From an uncultured delta proteobacterium (GTDB lineage Bacteria; Desulfobacterota; Binatia; UBA9968), in the NCBI GenBank assembly GCA_963755715.1, contig CAVWLW010000054.1, positions 32,001-96,000 on the forward strand: 64,000 nucleotides of DNA, given 5' to 3'. Each line of letters starts with the position of its first letter. The stretch's first letter is position 1. The translations under genes were made by a program, and so were the position numbers. The notes under the pieces were generated by a model. That model was not told the DNA's origin, ran no database searches, and saw only the letters and a program-made list of their open reading frames with translations. This document shows positions 1-10,248 of this stretch, one piece after another.

Positions 1-2
1 TT

Positions 3-446
3 GCCAACAATGGAGACCTAGCGCGAGCGGAAACGATACTCATGGCACAGGCTCAGACACTGGATTCTGTGTTCAACAACCTGGCGCGTCGCGCGTCATT
101 GAATATCGGAGAGTACATGAACGCTGCCGAGACCTATTTGCGCTTGGCTCTTAAAGCTCAGGCGCAGTGTCGGGCAACACTTGAAACCTTGGCGGTAATC
201 AAAAATCCGCAGCCCGTGGCATTTGTTCGCCAAGCGAATATTGCCAATGGCCCCCAGCAAGTGAACAACGCACCGGCTCAGCCGGGAGAATCGTCCCGCG
301 CGCGGGAAAGCGAAAATCAGCAGAACAAACTGGAGGCAAAAAGTGGCGAACGGCTGGAATTTGGAAAGGCAGACTCGGCAAGGGAAACTAATTCAACGCT
401 GGAAGCCGTGGGAGCGCTCCACGGGGCCAAAGACTGCAGCCGGTAA
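3..446 (+). CDS. Conserved hypothetical protein of integrative/prophage-like elements (5' partial)
   Basis: Frame open from the window edge; motif LRLALKAQAQCRATLETL..IKNP..AFVRQANIANGPQQVNN; overlaps the next STGP-motif gene. Confidence 0.7.
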   Translation, partial: ANNGDLARAETILMAQAQTLDSVFNNLARRASLNIGEYMNAAETYLRLALKAQAQCRATLETLAVIKNPQPVAFVRQANIANGPQQVNNAPAQPGESSRARESENQQNKLEAKSGERLEFGKADSARETNSTLEAVGALHGAKDCSR

Positions 447-555
447 GGCAAGAGTTTCACGCAACGCGTATAAGGGCGGCACGCGGCGCTTGCTTCGGAG
501 GGTAGCTCGTTTGCTTCGGCGAACAAAAGCATTGGAATTCGTCGCGCCGCGGTAG
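343..555 (+). CDS. Small HGGxSTG-like (STGPKT..GK.RVSRNA) protein
   Basis: WKPWERSTGPKTAAGKARVSRNAYKGG motif, typical of phage/integrative-element small proteins. Confidence 0.65.
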   Translation: MANGWNLERQTRQGKLIQRWKPWERSTGPKTAAGKARVSRNAYKGGTRRLLRRVARLLRRTKALEFVAPR

Positions 556-1027
556 AGTGTAAAGAACGCGAGATCCGCCGGCCCAAACTGTACGAGTCTC
601 TGGACTTCCTTGAGAAACAGCTCGATGAGAAATCAACCTGGCTCGTCCGCCGTTATCGCCGTGAGCTTCGCTGGGATCGGCGAACCTATCAAGAGAAGGA
701 AGAGCTTCGGGAGATCTTACGTGTGACAACGCGCGGTATTCAGTTCGCGTGCGTGAAGATGATAGTGCGCCGCCTTAACGAACTCGCCATTCATTTCCGC
801 GATAATAAGCCTTCGATCGATAATCTCCGCCTGCAGTTAATGATAGTGCGTCGGCCCGTAACCCTCCGACGAGCTTACTAGATCAATTCGGGGTTTGGTG
901 GGGAGAACAGGACTTCGTTTCACGGAAGATTCTAAACGGGCACGCACCTGGAAACAGCAGATACGGCCAAGGATCAACCTAAAGAATGATGAGCCTGTTC
1001 TCTACTCCGTAAGCAGCTTTTTAAGAG

Positions 1028-1064
1028 GAGAATCTTGACATCTGAGATTCTCATGGAATAAGAT
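1028..1064 (+). promoter_or_regulatory. Sigma70-type promoter with overlapping palindromic operator
   Basis: TTGACA 1035-1040, 18-nt spacer, TAAGAT 1059-1064; inverted repeat GAGAATCT-N9-AGATTCTC 1028-1052 straddles the -35 box. Confidence 0.65.
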
Positions 1065-1073
1065 TCTTGGACT

Positions 1074-1454
1074 ATGACCCTTAAGGATCTGGCCAAGAAA
1101 CATAAGATTCCCTACTCAAGCTTAGCTCGCTGGGTCGAGCAGGGCCTTATCGAGCCCCAAGGCCGCACGGGGCGGTCGGGTTCGGTCGTGGTACTAAACG
1201 AGAAAAACATTAGGGAAATTGAAAACTTAATCCGTTTGCGTAAGGGAGGGCTGCCCATGCAGCGGGCGCGCTACCTGATGGAGGACCTTCGGGCGGCTGG
1301 TTACAACCCTCTTAGCAAGGGACTGTTTGTGGTTATAGGTAAGCGGCACGGACGGGTATTAAGGATTTCGGAAGACCATAAGGCTGCAAGAGAAGTTGCA
1401 GGGCCGCACAAAGGGCAGGCGGTGATGGTGGAACTTCTTCCTGAGGGGAGCTGA
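1074..1454 (+). CDS. MerR-like helix-turn-helix DNA-binding protein
   Basis: N-terminal MTLKDLAKKHKIPYSSLARWVEQGLIEP, MerR/excisionase-type HTH. Confidence 0.7.
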   Translation: MTLKDLAKKHKIPYSSLARWVEQGLIEPQGRTGRSGSVVVLNEKNIREIENLIRLRKGGLPMQRARYLMEDLRAAGYNPLSKGLFVVIGKRHGRVLRISEDHKAAREVAGPHKGQAVMVELLPEGS

Positions 1455-1824
1455 ACTAATTTCCCGAAGTCATAGGTAACCGACTGTCTCCCAGAGTAGG
1501 CTGCGATGTTAAAATCCATCCTGCGGGTCTTCCACACTTGGGACGGTACGACTGATCCTCTATCTGATCGCGCTAGCCACAATGAGTATCAGTTAACTAC
1601 TCGTCTTGGAATCTTTTGGCTGACACATATTGAAGACTATCTTATCGGCGTAGGCGCCTATGTTCGGCACAGCACTACCCTTACCCTGAATGTAAACATA
1701 TACCAAAAGCGCTCGTCGCTTGGCTCCGCCCAGTTCAGCGGTCCCTTCCTTGATATCGGGTGAGTCCTTAAAGTGAAATCGAATATCAATTTCTCCCGAG
1801 CTGCGGCGGCCAGGAACAGCGCGA

Positions 1825-3474
1825 TTGTCCCCGATGACGCGATCCGCTCGCCTTAAGGTTGGTGCGCTAGCCGCCCTGTACTTGTTCTGGCTGGCCATCT
1901 GGCTCGTAGTCGGTAATGAGCCGTTTGGTCCCAGTCGGTATTACTGGGGCCAAGCTAGCGCGCCCGCCGTCACCGGAATCATCGCCCTCTACGCTTCCCG
2001 ACGCAGTCCCCGTCCCTACCCGGGGTTTCTCGTCATGCAGGGTCTTGCGTTCCTGCTGCTGGCAGGGTCGTGGGTGACCTACCAGGCCTCCAGTGGGCCC
2101 TCCGCAGTTGTGGAGTCTTCGCCGCAAGGCGCTAGCGGTGATTTATTCGAGGTGATTTCCAATTCGCTCTATGCCTCATGTGTTTTTGTACTCATGTGCG
2201 CGTGGGGCTATCTCGCCTTGGAGCGGTGGGATACCCGGCCGCTGTCGTTACTTACAACCTTCGTTTTTGCGGCATTGATGGCCGGCCTAGGGGCGATCTT
2301 CGCGAGCTTCCACTACTACGAGTACAGTCATCTCCTGAACACCGCGCTCGGGCGGCTCGACGCCGTTACGGCAGCGCTCGAATTCGCGGTTCTCGCGATT
2401 GGGCTGCTCTGCATGCTGCTCAAAGAGCCGCCGGTTGTGATCTGGATGGTCATCGGAACGGTCATTCTAATGGCGGGCGACATGGCATACAGCGGCACCA
2501 CTGTGCCGCAAACAATTGAGGCAGTCTGGATGCTGGGACAGTTCCTGCTGCTGTCAGCCATGGTTTGGCTGTCGGCGACGCCCATCCGCAATACCGTCAC
2601 CGCGGATGTGTCCACGCGTGCACGACGGGAGGCGCTCGGGCGTTCGGGTCTTTCTGGAATCCTGATTCTGCTGTCCCTCGGGGCGGTCCTGCTTTCCCCG
2701 CTGGTCTGGTTCCTGCCCGTCCAAGCGGTGTGGAAGTCCTTTTTCTCCGTGCTTTTCATCGTTGCGCTCGTCACGATCCTTGTTTGGATCACCGATCGTT
2801 TCGATGACACCGTAGCCTACTTGCGAGAGTATGTGCGGCGCGTTCACCAGTCCAAACTGGTATCTGAGGATTGGCGAGGCACCCGGTCCCGAATCGGGAC
2901 GGCTTTGCGCTCTACGGGGCTCGACGTCTTTCTGGACGAATTCCGCGATTCGGCTGCGCACCTGAAGCAGGACGTGCTGTTCCTTGGACCAGAGAGGCTC
3001 TACTCGCCCCCCAAAGACCGCGCCGATCCGCGCAAGGCATCCTGTTTTATCGTGATGCCCTTCAGGCAGGAATGGTCTGCCGACGTGCACCGGATATTGG
3101 CAAGAGCGTGCGAAGCCGCGGGTGTGCGCCCAGTGCGTGGGGATGACCTGTTCAGCCCCACCGACATCCTCGAGGACATCTGGCAAAGCATCAATGCAGC
3201 CGACTTCGTCATCGCCGACATCACCGGGCGCAATCCGAATGTGCTTTATGAGCTGGGGATCGCACATACATTGGCGAAACCGGTGCTCATCCTCTCTAAG
3301 GAAGCGGCCGACATTCCGATCGACCTAGCCACGCGGCGAGTGATTCTGTATGGACAGAAGGCAGACGCTTGGCGCGAAGATCTCGCGCGCATGATTCAAG
3401 AGGCGATCGCGAAAGTCGTCGAAGATTACGGCCTCGAGTCCAGGAGATCTACGGGGCAAATGACGGGGGGTTGA
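1825..3474 (+). CDS. Polytopic membrane protein with C-terminal nucleoside 2-deoxyribosyltransferase-like (NDT/TIR-like) domain
   Basis: Many hydrophobic helices in the N-terminal ~320 aa; C-terminal CFIVMPF...ADFVIADITGRNPNVLYELGIAH. Confidence 0.8.
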   Translation: MSPMTRSARLKVGALAALYLFWLAIWLVVGNEPFGPSRYYWGQASAPAVTGIIALYASRRSPRPYPGFLVMQGLAFLLLAGSWVTYQASSGPSAVVESSPQGASGDLFEVISNSLYASCVFVLMCAWGYLALERWDTRPLSLLTTFVFAALMAGLGAIFASFHYYEYSHLLNTALGRLDAVTAALEFAVLAIGLLCMLLKEPPVVIWMVIGTVILMAGDMAYSGTTVPQTIEAVWMLGQFLLLSAMVWLSATPIRNTVTADVSTRARREALGRSGLSGILILLSLGAVLLSPLVWFLPVQAVWKSFFSVLFIVALVTILVWITDRFDDTVAYLREYVRRVHQSKLVSEDWRGTRSRIGTALRSTGLDVFLDEFRDSAAHLKQDVLFLGPERLYSPPKDRADPRKASCFIVMPFRQEWSADVHRILARACEAAGVRPVRGDDLFSPTDILEDIWQSINAADFVIADITGRNPNVLYELGIAHTLAKPVLILSKEAADIPIDLATRRVILYGQKADAWREDLARMIQEAIAKVVEDYGLESRRSTGQMTGG

Positions 3475-3501
3475 ACAGTCAAGCGGCTTTTGCAGATCCT
3501 C

Positions 3502-3580
3502 ATGTCGCGTCTGCTCAGGATTCAGTTCCCGCGGCGGTCTTACCACGTCATGAATCGCGGCGTCGCGAGGCAGCCGACGG
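3502..3580 (+). pseudogene. N-terminal remnant of REP-associated (Y1/RAYT) tyrosine transposase
   Basis: MSRLLRIQFPRRSYHVMNRGVARQ resembles the RAYT N-terminus (R.LRI.FPG..YHV.NRG..RQ); similarity then stops. Confidence 0.65.
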
Positions 3581-4079
3581 TTTATAAGTTGATTTTCGCA
3601 TTAACGGTCGCGTCTCGCATTACGACAATATGTGATTACAAGACCTGGCCGCTTTTCCGAGAGGATTTGCGCAACCATTTCTCTAAACTTTTTTGCAGGA
3701 GGCCATAGTCCCGGGCAGGCGCCTTACTACGTTAAAACAAATTAGCCAGAGCAAACAGAAGAGAACCACCAGAAAGAAGACTGCCCACATGCCGCTGGAG
3801 GCGTTTTGTTGATTGATGATTACCAGCCGAAACAAAACCGCGATTTTCAACACTCGTGTGCTTGACGACTTGCCGGTTCGGCGATATAGCTCCGGTCAGA
3901 GAAAAAGGGTGTTTTAAATTTCTTCTACGTCCGACTATCCCTCCGGGCTGCTGAAGTTCTTCGCCGACGCCGAGCGGGACTGGGTCGCAATGGGCGGCTT
4001 CCCGCACCATGGAGAGCGTCGAGAACCGTTCCCATGATCCACTCACAATCTTAACCCTTTAGTTAAACGAGGTGCAGCC

Positions 4080-5966
4080 ATGCCATCCCTACCGCAATAC
4101 GATAGTGTAGTTGAACAGGCTGAGCGTAAAATTCAACTATCTGCAACACGACTCATTTATGATTACGAAAAAGTAGAGGGTCTGCCAATGCCATTGGCTT
4201 CTGACGCCGCAGCGACTGTTCAAGTGCTCGGTTTAGAAGATTGGGTGATAGGGCAGGCGGAAAACCAGCTTCGTATTTTTGTCAATCTTAAGATTTGGGA
4301 AATATTGAGTGAGTACCAGGGAGCCAATGCCAACATTCGAGATTATGCGGATAAAATCGCCGAGATTTATAATTCCAGTCGCTATAAAGAGCTCGCAAGC
4401 AAGATTGAAATCAGTGAGGATTCGCTATCGCAATTAGCGGGTCGCATTACAGGTGTCGATACAGACAAAACTCAGGATTTCCCCAACTTTGAGTCCTATG
4501 CAAAGGTGTTTGTTCTCTACCCAATTCCAGACATTACGGGTCTTTGGCAAGACGACAAAACCTTTGCCTCGCAGAGGCTGGCAGGCTTGAATCCGATGGC
4601 GATAAAACAGGTTACTTTCAGTGATGATATTGGTACGAATTGGAATAACCTCAAAAGAAAACTGTCACCGGACATAACCGAAGAAGCCGTCCAATATTTT
4701 CTTGGTCCCAACTCAAGCTTTGAAAGTGCGATCAAGGAACATCGCTTATTTGTATGCGATTATGAAGCACTAACACACGCTAAAGCGGCCGCGGATGCTC
4801 CTGGCGCGCAAAAAGGCCAATATCTCATGGGGCCCATCGCCTTATTTGTTCGCACCGATGATTTCCCCGGGTTGCAACTTGCCGCCGTGCAACTCAACCA
4901 GTCCCGCACACCAGGCGGAAGCAATAATTACCCATCCATGTTGGCCGCGGATTCAGCAAAGCCCGGCAATGCCAATAAATGGCTCATGGCGAAAATGTTT
5001 GTTCAGGCTGCGGATTTGAATTTAAATCAGGCGGTTAACCATCTGGGCGAAACGCACCTAACCGAGGAAGCCTTCGCAATTGCGATGCATCGACAACTCG
5101 CCGTGGAACATCCTTTGTATATTTTGCTCAGCTTCCATTTTGCTGCGTTGATTGTCATCAATAAATTGGGAGAGCTTACCTTGCTTAATAAGGCTGGCCT
5201 GATCCAGAACATATTAGAGGGTGGTTTGTCCGGCTCCTTGGAGTTAATTCAGAATGCCTACGCCGGCTGGGACTTTAATGATTTTGACTTTCCGGTTCGC
5301 ACCGCCAAACGCGGTCTTGATCCCGTTTCACTGCCTTACTTCCCTTACCGCGATGACGGCCAGCTCATTTGGGATACGCTGGGAAGCTACGTAGATGATT
5401 ACATTGCCTTGTACTACAAGACGGATAAGGATGTGACAGGCGATTACGAGTTGCAAAATTGGGCGAAGGAAATCGCGAGCTCGGACGGGGGTCATATAAA
5501 AGGATTCAATGCTAATATTAGTAGCATTGCTGAGCTAAGTAAAATAATCCAGCGACTTCTTTGGACAGCAGGTCCACAACATGCGGCAGTCAATTTTCCA
5601 CAAATTGATTACTTTGCGTTTATCCCAAACTTGCCGGCCGCGACCTACGCGCCACCGCCCAATAACTTTAAAACTGCGTCAGTAGATACAGCAGAGGTTC
5701 TTGCTCTTCTACCGCCCGCGGAGCAAACCGGGTTGCAAGTGCAAACCACATACTCGTTGGCTGGTTATCATTACGATCAGTTGCTGGGTTACTACGACAA
5801 GCTCGATCCCGGGGCAAGGATTGTATGCAAGAAATACTACAACGCGCTACATGGCGGAATAAAGGCGGAAATCGATAAACGCAATAAAGAGAGAGAGGCA
5901 ACGCAAGGATTATTGCGTTACCGTTTCTTTTTACCCGGGAATATTCCGAACAGCACAAGTGTGTAG
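4080..5966 (+). CDS. Lipoxygenase
   Basis: FASQRLAGLNP, HLGETH metal ligands, RQL...HP, FPYRDDG, QHAAVNFPQ, C-terminal PNSTSV; GAGG RBS upstream. Confidence 0.93.
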   Translation: MPSLPQYDSVVEQAERKIQLSATRLIYDYEKVEGLPMPLASDAAATVQVLGLEDWVIGQAENQLRIFVNLKIWEILSEYQGANANIRDYADKIAEIYNSSRYKELASKIEISEDSLSQLAGRITGVDTDKTQDFPNFESYAKVFVLYPIPDITGLWQDDKTFASQRLAGLNPMAIKQVTFSDDIGTNWNNLKRKLSPDITEEAVQYFLGPNSSFESAIKEHRLFVCDYEALTHAKAAADAPGAQKGQYLMGPIALFVRTDDFPGLQLAAVQLNQSRTPGGSNNYPSMLAADSAKPGNANKWLMAKMFVQAADLNLNQAVNHLGETHLTEEAFAIAMHRQLAVEHPLYILLSFHFAALIVINKLGELTLLNKAGLIQNILEGGLSGSLELIQNAYAGWDFNDFDFPVRTAKRGLDPVSLPYFPYRDDGQLIWDTLGSYVDDYIALYYKTDKDVTGDYELQNWAKEIASSDGGHIKGFNANISSIAELSKIIQRLLWTAGPQHAAVNFPQIDYFAFIPNLPAATYAPPPNNFKTASVDTAEVLALLPPAEQTGLQVQTTYSLAGYHYDQLLGYYDKLDPGARIVCKKYYNALHGGIKAEIDKRNKEREATQGLLRYRFFLPGNIPNSTSV

Positions 5967-6016
5967 AGCGACAAGTCAAGTAAAAAGGGGGACACCCAGT
6001 AGCGGGGTCATGTACG

Positions 6017-6230
6017 GGGACGTAACTGATTAACGAGACAAAGTCGGATAAAGGTTAAGAGAGTCTGAGCCGACGGGGGAAGTTGCCAGTGGTGAGAGCG
6101 CAGATCGTGAAGGGATTGCTGGAAGGTTTTGGTCTTGCGTTGGCAGAGGTAGCGCGCCAGGTGGGTATCTCGACTTCTGGAGTCGCGAAGATCCTGACTC
6201 GATCTTTGTCTGAATAGTCAATTACGTCCC
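6017..6230 (+). mobile_element. Short inverted-repeat-bounded remnant carrying a RAYT C-terminal HTH
   Basis: IRs GGGACGTAACTGA 6017-6029 and TCAATTACGTCCC 6218-6230 (12/13 match); inside reads SRRGKLPVVRAQIV...LAEVARQVGISTSGVAKIL-stop. Confidence 0.6.
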
Positions 6231-6252
6231 TTCGAGTCCCTCACGAGTTGAC

Positions 6253-6280
6253 CGTTCCAGTCGTTCAAACCGTTCAACCG
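6253..6280. repeat. Short tandem 9-nt repeat (CGTTCMA..)x3
   Basis: CGTTCCAGT CGTTCAAAC CGTTCAACC. Confidence 0.5.
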
Positions 6281-6531
6281 CTGTCCTTCGACCTCATTTC
6301 GCGGCCCTCAGGTCAGGTGCTCTGGTCAAACCGTCGGAATGGGTTTTAACCGTTTGGACTCATGCGGAACGCAAGCGTCGTTCTGCCGGCACATGGGGGA
6401 ACAATCTGGGTCAGGCTTGCCTAAGTCTACTAACTCTTTTGTAGCGTACGGTTACGCTGGATGGATGACAATTAAGAAAATAGGCGGGACAAAGCAAAAA
6501 AAGGGGACATTTTGAATTTAGCCTGTGGCGC

Positions 6532-6630
6532 TCACCTTTTGTATAGCTGCTTGATAAACCCCGACGATTCCAGCTCCTGAACGAAACTCATATCGACGAA
6601 GCTTTTCAATGGGCCGAGCTCGCGATGAAG
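6532..6630 (-). pseudogene. C-terminal remnant of NitT/TauT-family substrate-binding protein
   Basis: SFVDMSFVQELESSGFIKQLYK resembles the C-termini of the SBPs at 18803 and 34764. Confidence 0.6.
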
Positions 6631-6638
6631 ATGCCGAG

Positions 6639-6845
6639 TTATGGCGTTGGGCGCGCTGACTTCTCTGATTCCCACTTCTCGGCCAGTGCCGCAAGTGCTG
6701 CACCTGATTCGGGCCAGTTGTGCAAGATTGCCGGATCGAAGTCGGCGCCGTTTGGCCATACCAACGTATGAGCTTCGTTGTCCAGTGTGACGCGGTCAAA
6801 AAGGGAGGGCTCTTGTAAGGGACCGTAAAGATCACCCCTCAACAC
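6639..6845 (-). pseudogene. DUF2442-family protein, N-terminally truncated
   Basis: GDLYGPL.EPSLF..V.LD.EAHTLVWPNGADFDP. Confidence 0.7.
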
Positions 6846-6959
6846 AGACTAGCCGACCTGGAAGATTCCAGTCGGACTCGTGAAAACCATTCGGGCCGCC
6901 CTCGGTGTGCGCGATGAAAACGCGGAGACAGTGAAGGACGACGAGGGCCAGCCGGTGCC

Positions 6960-7863
6960 CGATTGAACTCAAACTTCGTTGCCTGCTGCACCGGCAAATC
7001 AGCCGGTTTGGCACCTTTCAAAATTTTGTCCACGTAAACAGCGGCGCGCCGATAGAGGTCATCGTAGTCCGCCCCGTAGGACATGAGGCCGCCCTCATCG
7101 ACATACTGCTTCTGGGGGTAAATAGCCGGCAACCGGTATTTCCGGCAAGCTCGACGATCCGCTTTCTTTCGGCGAAAAAGCAGCGACCGCTGGTCGTCAT
7201 AATACCGCCCACCTGCTTCTGCTTTGCGGTTTGAAAGGCGCTCTCTAAACCTTTGGCGTCGGGTGGAGTGTCGATTCCTCCAATTTCAGCTTCAATGCCA
7301 CAGCCGCAGTCCTGAGCTCTTTCAGTTGGAGGTCTCTTCTATGTGCCTCCCGGCGGCCGCAGAAGTCCAACTAGGGCGAGCTTGGGGACTGCGTCCTTGA
7401 GTATCTCTAGCCTTTTGGTACTTAGCTCGGACGCTAAACCCGCGAGCCCAGTGACATTGCCTCCCGGCCGCGCCAGACTGGCAACCAAACCTGCAGCCAC
7501 GGGGTCCCCAATGCTTACCATCACGATGGGGATGGTAGTAGTCGCTCTCTTCGCCGCTAACGCCGCGGCGTCCCTGAGACCACGATCAGATCAACCTTGA
7601 GACGAACCAGGTCCGCCGCAAGCTCAGGTAGACGCTCATGCTCTTGCTCTGCAAATCGGTACTCGATGGCAATATTCTTTCCCTCAATCCATCCAAGCTT
7701 GCTCAGCTCTTGCAGAAACGCCTTCACGAGGACCGCAATACCAGAAGCAGTGCTAGCATCCAGGAAACCGATGCGGAAGATTTTCCCGGCTGCTGCGCCT
7801 GGTGAAAGAGCAAAGCGCGAAAAGCATGGCGCAAAGATTAAGGACGGCGATTTTTCTCTTCAT
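6960..7863 (-). pseudogene. ABC transporter substrate-binding protein (COG2984-like), multiply frameshifted and 3' truncated
   Basis: ATG at 7863; pieces in several frames (DPVAAGLVASLARPGGNVTG; [29 protein letters not shown]); breaks off near 6962. Confidence 0.85.
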
Positions 7864-7891
7864 GTCTTTTGAGGTGCGCAACGTCGAACCA

Positions 7892-8883
7892 TCACTTAAT
7901 CACTTTGTCCGCTCTCGCCAGCACATTCGGCGGAATCGTCAGGCCGATCTGCTTCGCCGCTTTAAGATTGATTAACAGCTCGAACTTCTTTGGCTGTTCG
8001 ACTGGCAGGTCAGCAGGTTTAGCGCCTTTGAGAATTTTGTCCACGTAGACGGCAACTCGCCGGTAGGGTTCAACCTGGTCGGCCCCGTAGGACATCAAAC
8101 CACCGTTGTCGACAAAATCTGCCCGATGATATATCGCCGGCAGTCGATTTTTTGCCGCGAGGTCCACAATCTGTTTTCGATTTGAAACGGCCAACGGGCT
8201 TCCGGCCACAGCAAGAGCGGCACTACCCGTCTTGATACCCTCATTGAACGCAATCTCGTATTGGTTGGCGTGACTTACCTCCATGGAGTGAAGTTGCAGA
8301 CCCAGTTCTCGGGCTGGCAACTGACTTTCTTTCCATGCTTCCGCACCATTTGGATCCCGCGGATCCCACAACACCGCCACGCGGGCGAGCTTGGGAACCG
8401 CTTCCTTGAGCAACTCTAGTCGCTTACCCGATAACACCCCCGAAATCGCGGAGAATCCCGTAATGTTCTCCCCAGGCCGCGCTAGGCTGTCAACCAGCCC
8501 AGCGGCAACAGGGTCAGACACCCCTATAAAAACGATTGGGATCTCTTTGGTAGCGTTCTTGGCGGCTAAAGCAGCAGGCGTTGAGGACATGACGAGCACG
8601 TCAACCTTGAGACGAATTAGCTCACCCACCAACGCCGGGAGCCGGTCGAACTTTTCCTCCGCGGATCGATACTCGATAATTATGTTCTTACCTTCAACAT
8701 AGCCGAGTTCGCGGACTCCTTGCCGGATTAGTTCAAGGCGGGTGCCTGGACCGGAAGCGGAACGGAACCGCTTGAGAGCACCCCAATCTTAGCCAACTTT
8801 GTCTGTTGCTGCGCCTCGGCTATGACCGCAACAGCAAGCAGCATCACTGCAACCAGGATTGATAGCGCCGCAGCTTTCTTCAT
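7892..8883 (-). pseudogene. ABC transporter substrate-binding protein (COG2984-like), one frameshift
   Basis: Signal peptide MKKAAALS..AEAQQ from 8883; frame break at a TTCCG duplication ~8755-8770; intact C-terminus ARADKVIK. Confidence 0.88.
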
Positions 8884-8995
8884 TGCACACCTCGTTCTTG
8901 CGGCTTTTTATCACGGATACGGAAGCTGAGAAAAGTGTTATTTACGGCAGAAGGAAAACCAGATTCATCGAGGGGAAAAAGGCTAATTTCGACGT
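8884..8995 (-). repeat. Conserved ~110-nt SBP leader (copy A)
   Basis: Aligns with 10067-10171, 12848-12965, 18170-18277 and 19917-20017; ends in GAGGTGTGCA-ATG. Confidence 0.75.
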
Positions 8996-9067
8996 AGGAT
9001 TGAACTGAACGACGCTTCAGACAAATCTCATAGGATTTGTCGTGGATGGAGAATTCAATTCAATCCT
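8996..9067. repeat. Structured ~70-bp repeat, copy 1
   Basis: AGGATTGAACTGAACGACGCTTCAG-ACAAATC..GATTTGT-..GATGGAGAATTCAATTCAATCCT; terminal IR plus two inner hairpins. Confidence 0.92.
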
Positions 9068-9080
9068 GGCATCGCCGCGC

Positions 9081-10066
9081 TTATTTGATCACCTTATCCG
9101 CCCGCGCCAGCACCTTCGGCGGGATCGTCAGGCCGATCTGCTTCGCCGTTTGAGATTGATCATCAGCTCGAACTTCGTCGGTTGCTCGACAGGAAAGTCG
9201 GCGGGCTTGGCGCCTTTTAGAATTTTGTCCACATAGATGGCGGCGCGCCTGTAGTGGTCGTCGAGGTCGGCTCCGTAGGACATCAAGCCGCCGCTATCGA
9301 CAAATTCATCCCGATAGTATATCGCCGGCAATCGAAGTTTTGCCGCCAGTTCCACGATTTGTTTTCGATTGGAAAAGGCGACAGCGCTCGGTGTCACGGC
9401 GAGAGCGGCGCTGCGCGCCTTAGTCGCATCTTTGAACGCACCCTCGAATTTGTCCGCGCTGCTTACCTCCATGGAATGAAGCTGCAAGCCCAGTGCTCGT
9501 GCCGGCAGTTGGCTTTCTTTCCATGCTTGCGCAGAGCCTGGATTCTGTGGATCCCAAAGCAGCGCAACGCGGGAGAGCTTGGGAACGGTTTCCTTGAGTA
9601 ACTCCAGTCGTTTATCGGCCAACACCGCGGCAATGTTAGTCAACCCCGTGATGTTTCCCCCAGGCCGCGCCAGGCTATCAATCAGCCCAGCTTCAACAGG
9701 ATCTGCCACCAGAATAAAAACGATGGGGATCGTCCTGGTAGCGTTCTTGCCGGCTATGGCGGACGGTGTCGTGACAGCAACGAGCACATCGACGTTGAGA
9801 CGGACCAGTTCACCAGCCAGCGCGGGGAGCCGGTCTAACTTATCGTCAGCGGATCGATACTCGATAGCTATGTTCTTGCCCTCAACATATCCGAGTTCAT
9901 GGAGCTTGCGCGGAATAACTCTCCCAGCGGTGTGCCGCGAACGGTAGTACTGCTCTCAAGCCACCCAATCTTGGGTAGCTTTCGCCGGCTGCTGCGCCTC
10001 GGCGATGACTCCAACAGCAAGCAGCACCACCACAAACAGGATTGATAAGACACCGGCTTTCTTCAT
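9081..10066 (-). pseudogene. ABC transporter substrate-binding protein (COG2984-like), frameshifted
   Basis: MKKAGVLSILF start at 10066; core ORF 9128-9787; frame breaks near both ends; stop at 9081. Confidence 0.88.
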
Positions 10067-10171
10067 TGCACACACCGTTCGTTATGTATCACGCGGACGC
10101 GTAATAGAGGGAAAGTAAGATTTACAGCCGAAGGGACAGGTATTCGTCGAGTGGGAAGATCAGATTTTCAG

Positions 10172-10248
10172 CCTGAGATTGAACTGAACGACGCTTCAGT
10201 CAAATCTCACAGGATTTGAGTCGATGGAGAAATCAATTCAATCTCAGG
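10172..10248. repeat. Structured ~70-bp repeat, copy 2
   Basis: CCTGAGATTGAACTGAACGACGCTTCAG-TCAAATC..GATTTGA-..GATGGAGAAATCAATTCAATCTCAGG. Confidence 0.92.

Noticed and set aside
759-850. ATGATAGTGCG direct repeat and CGATAAT motifs as iterons or a Fur box
   Set aside because: Only two copies of each, irregular spacing and no supporting rep gene.
1455-1824. Overlapping short ORFs between the HTH and membrane genes
   Set aside because: No recognisable motif or RBS, and the strand could not be decided.
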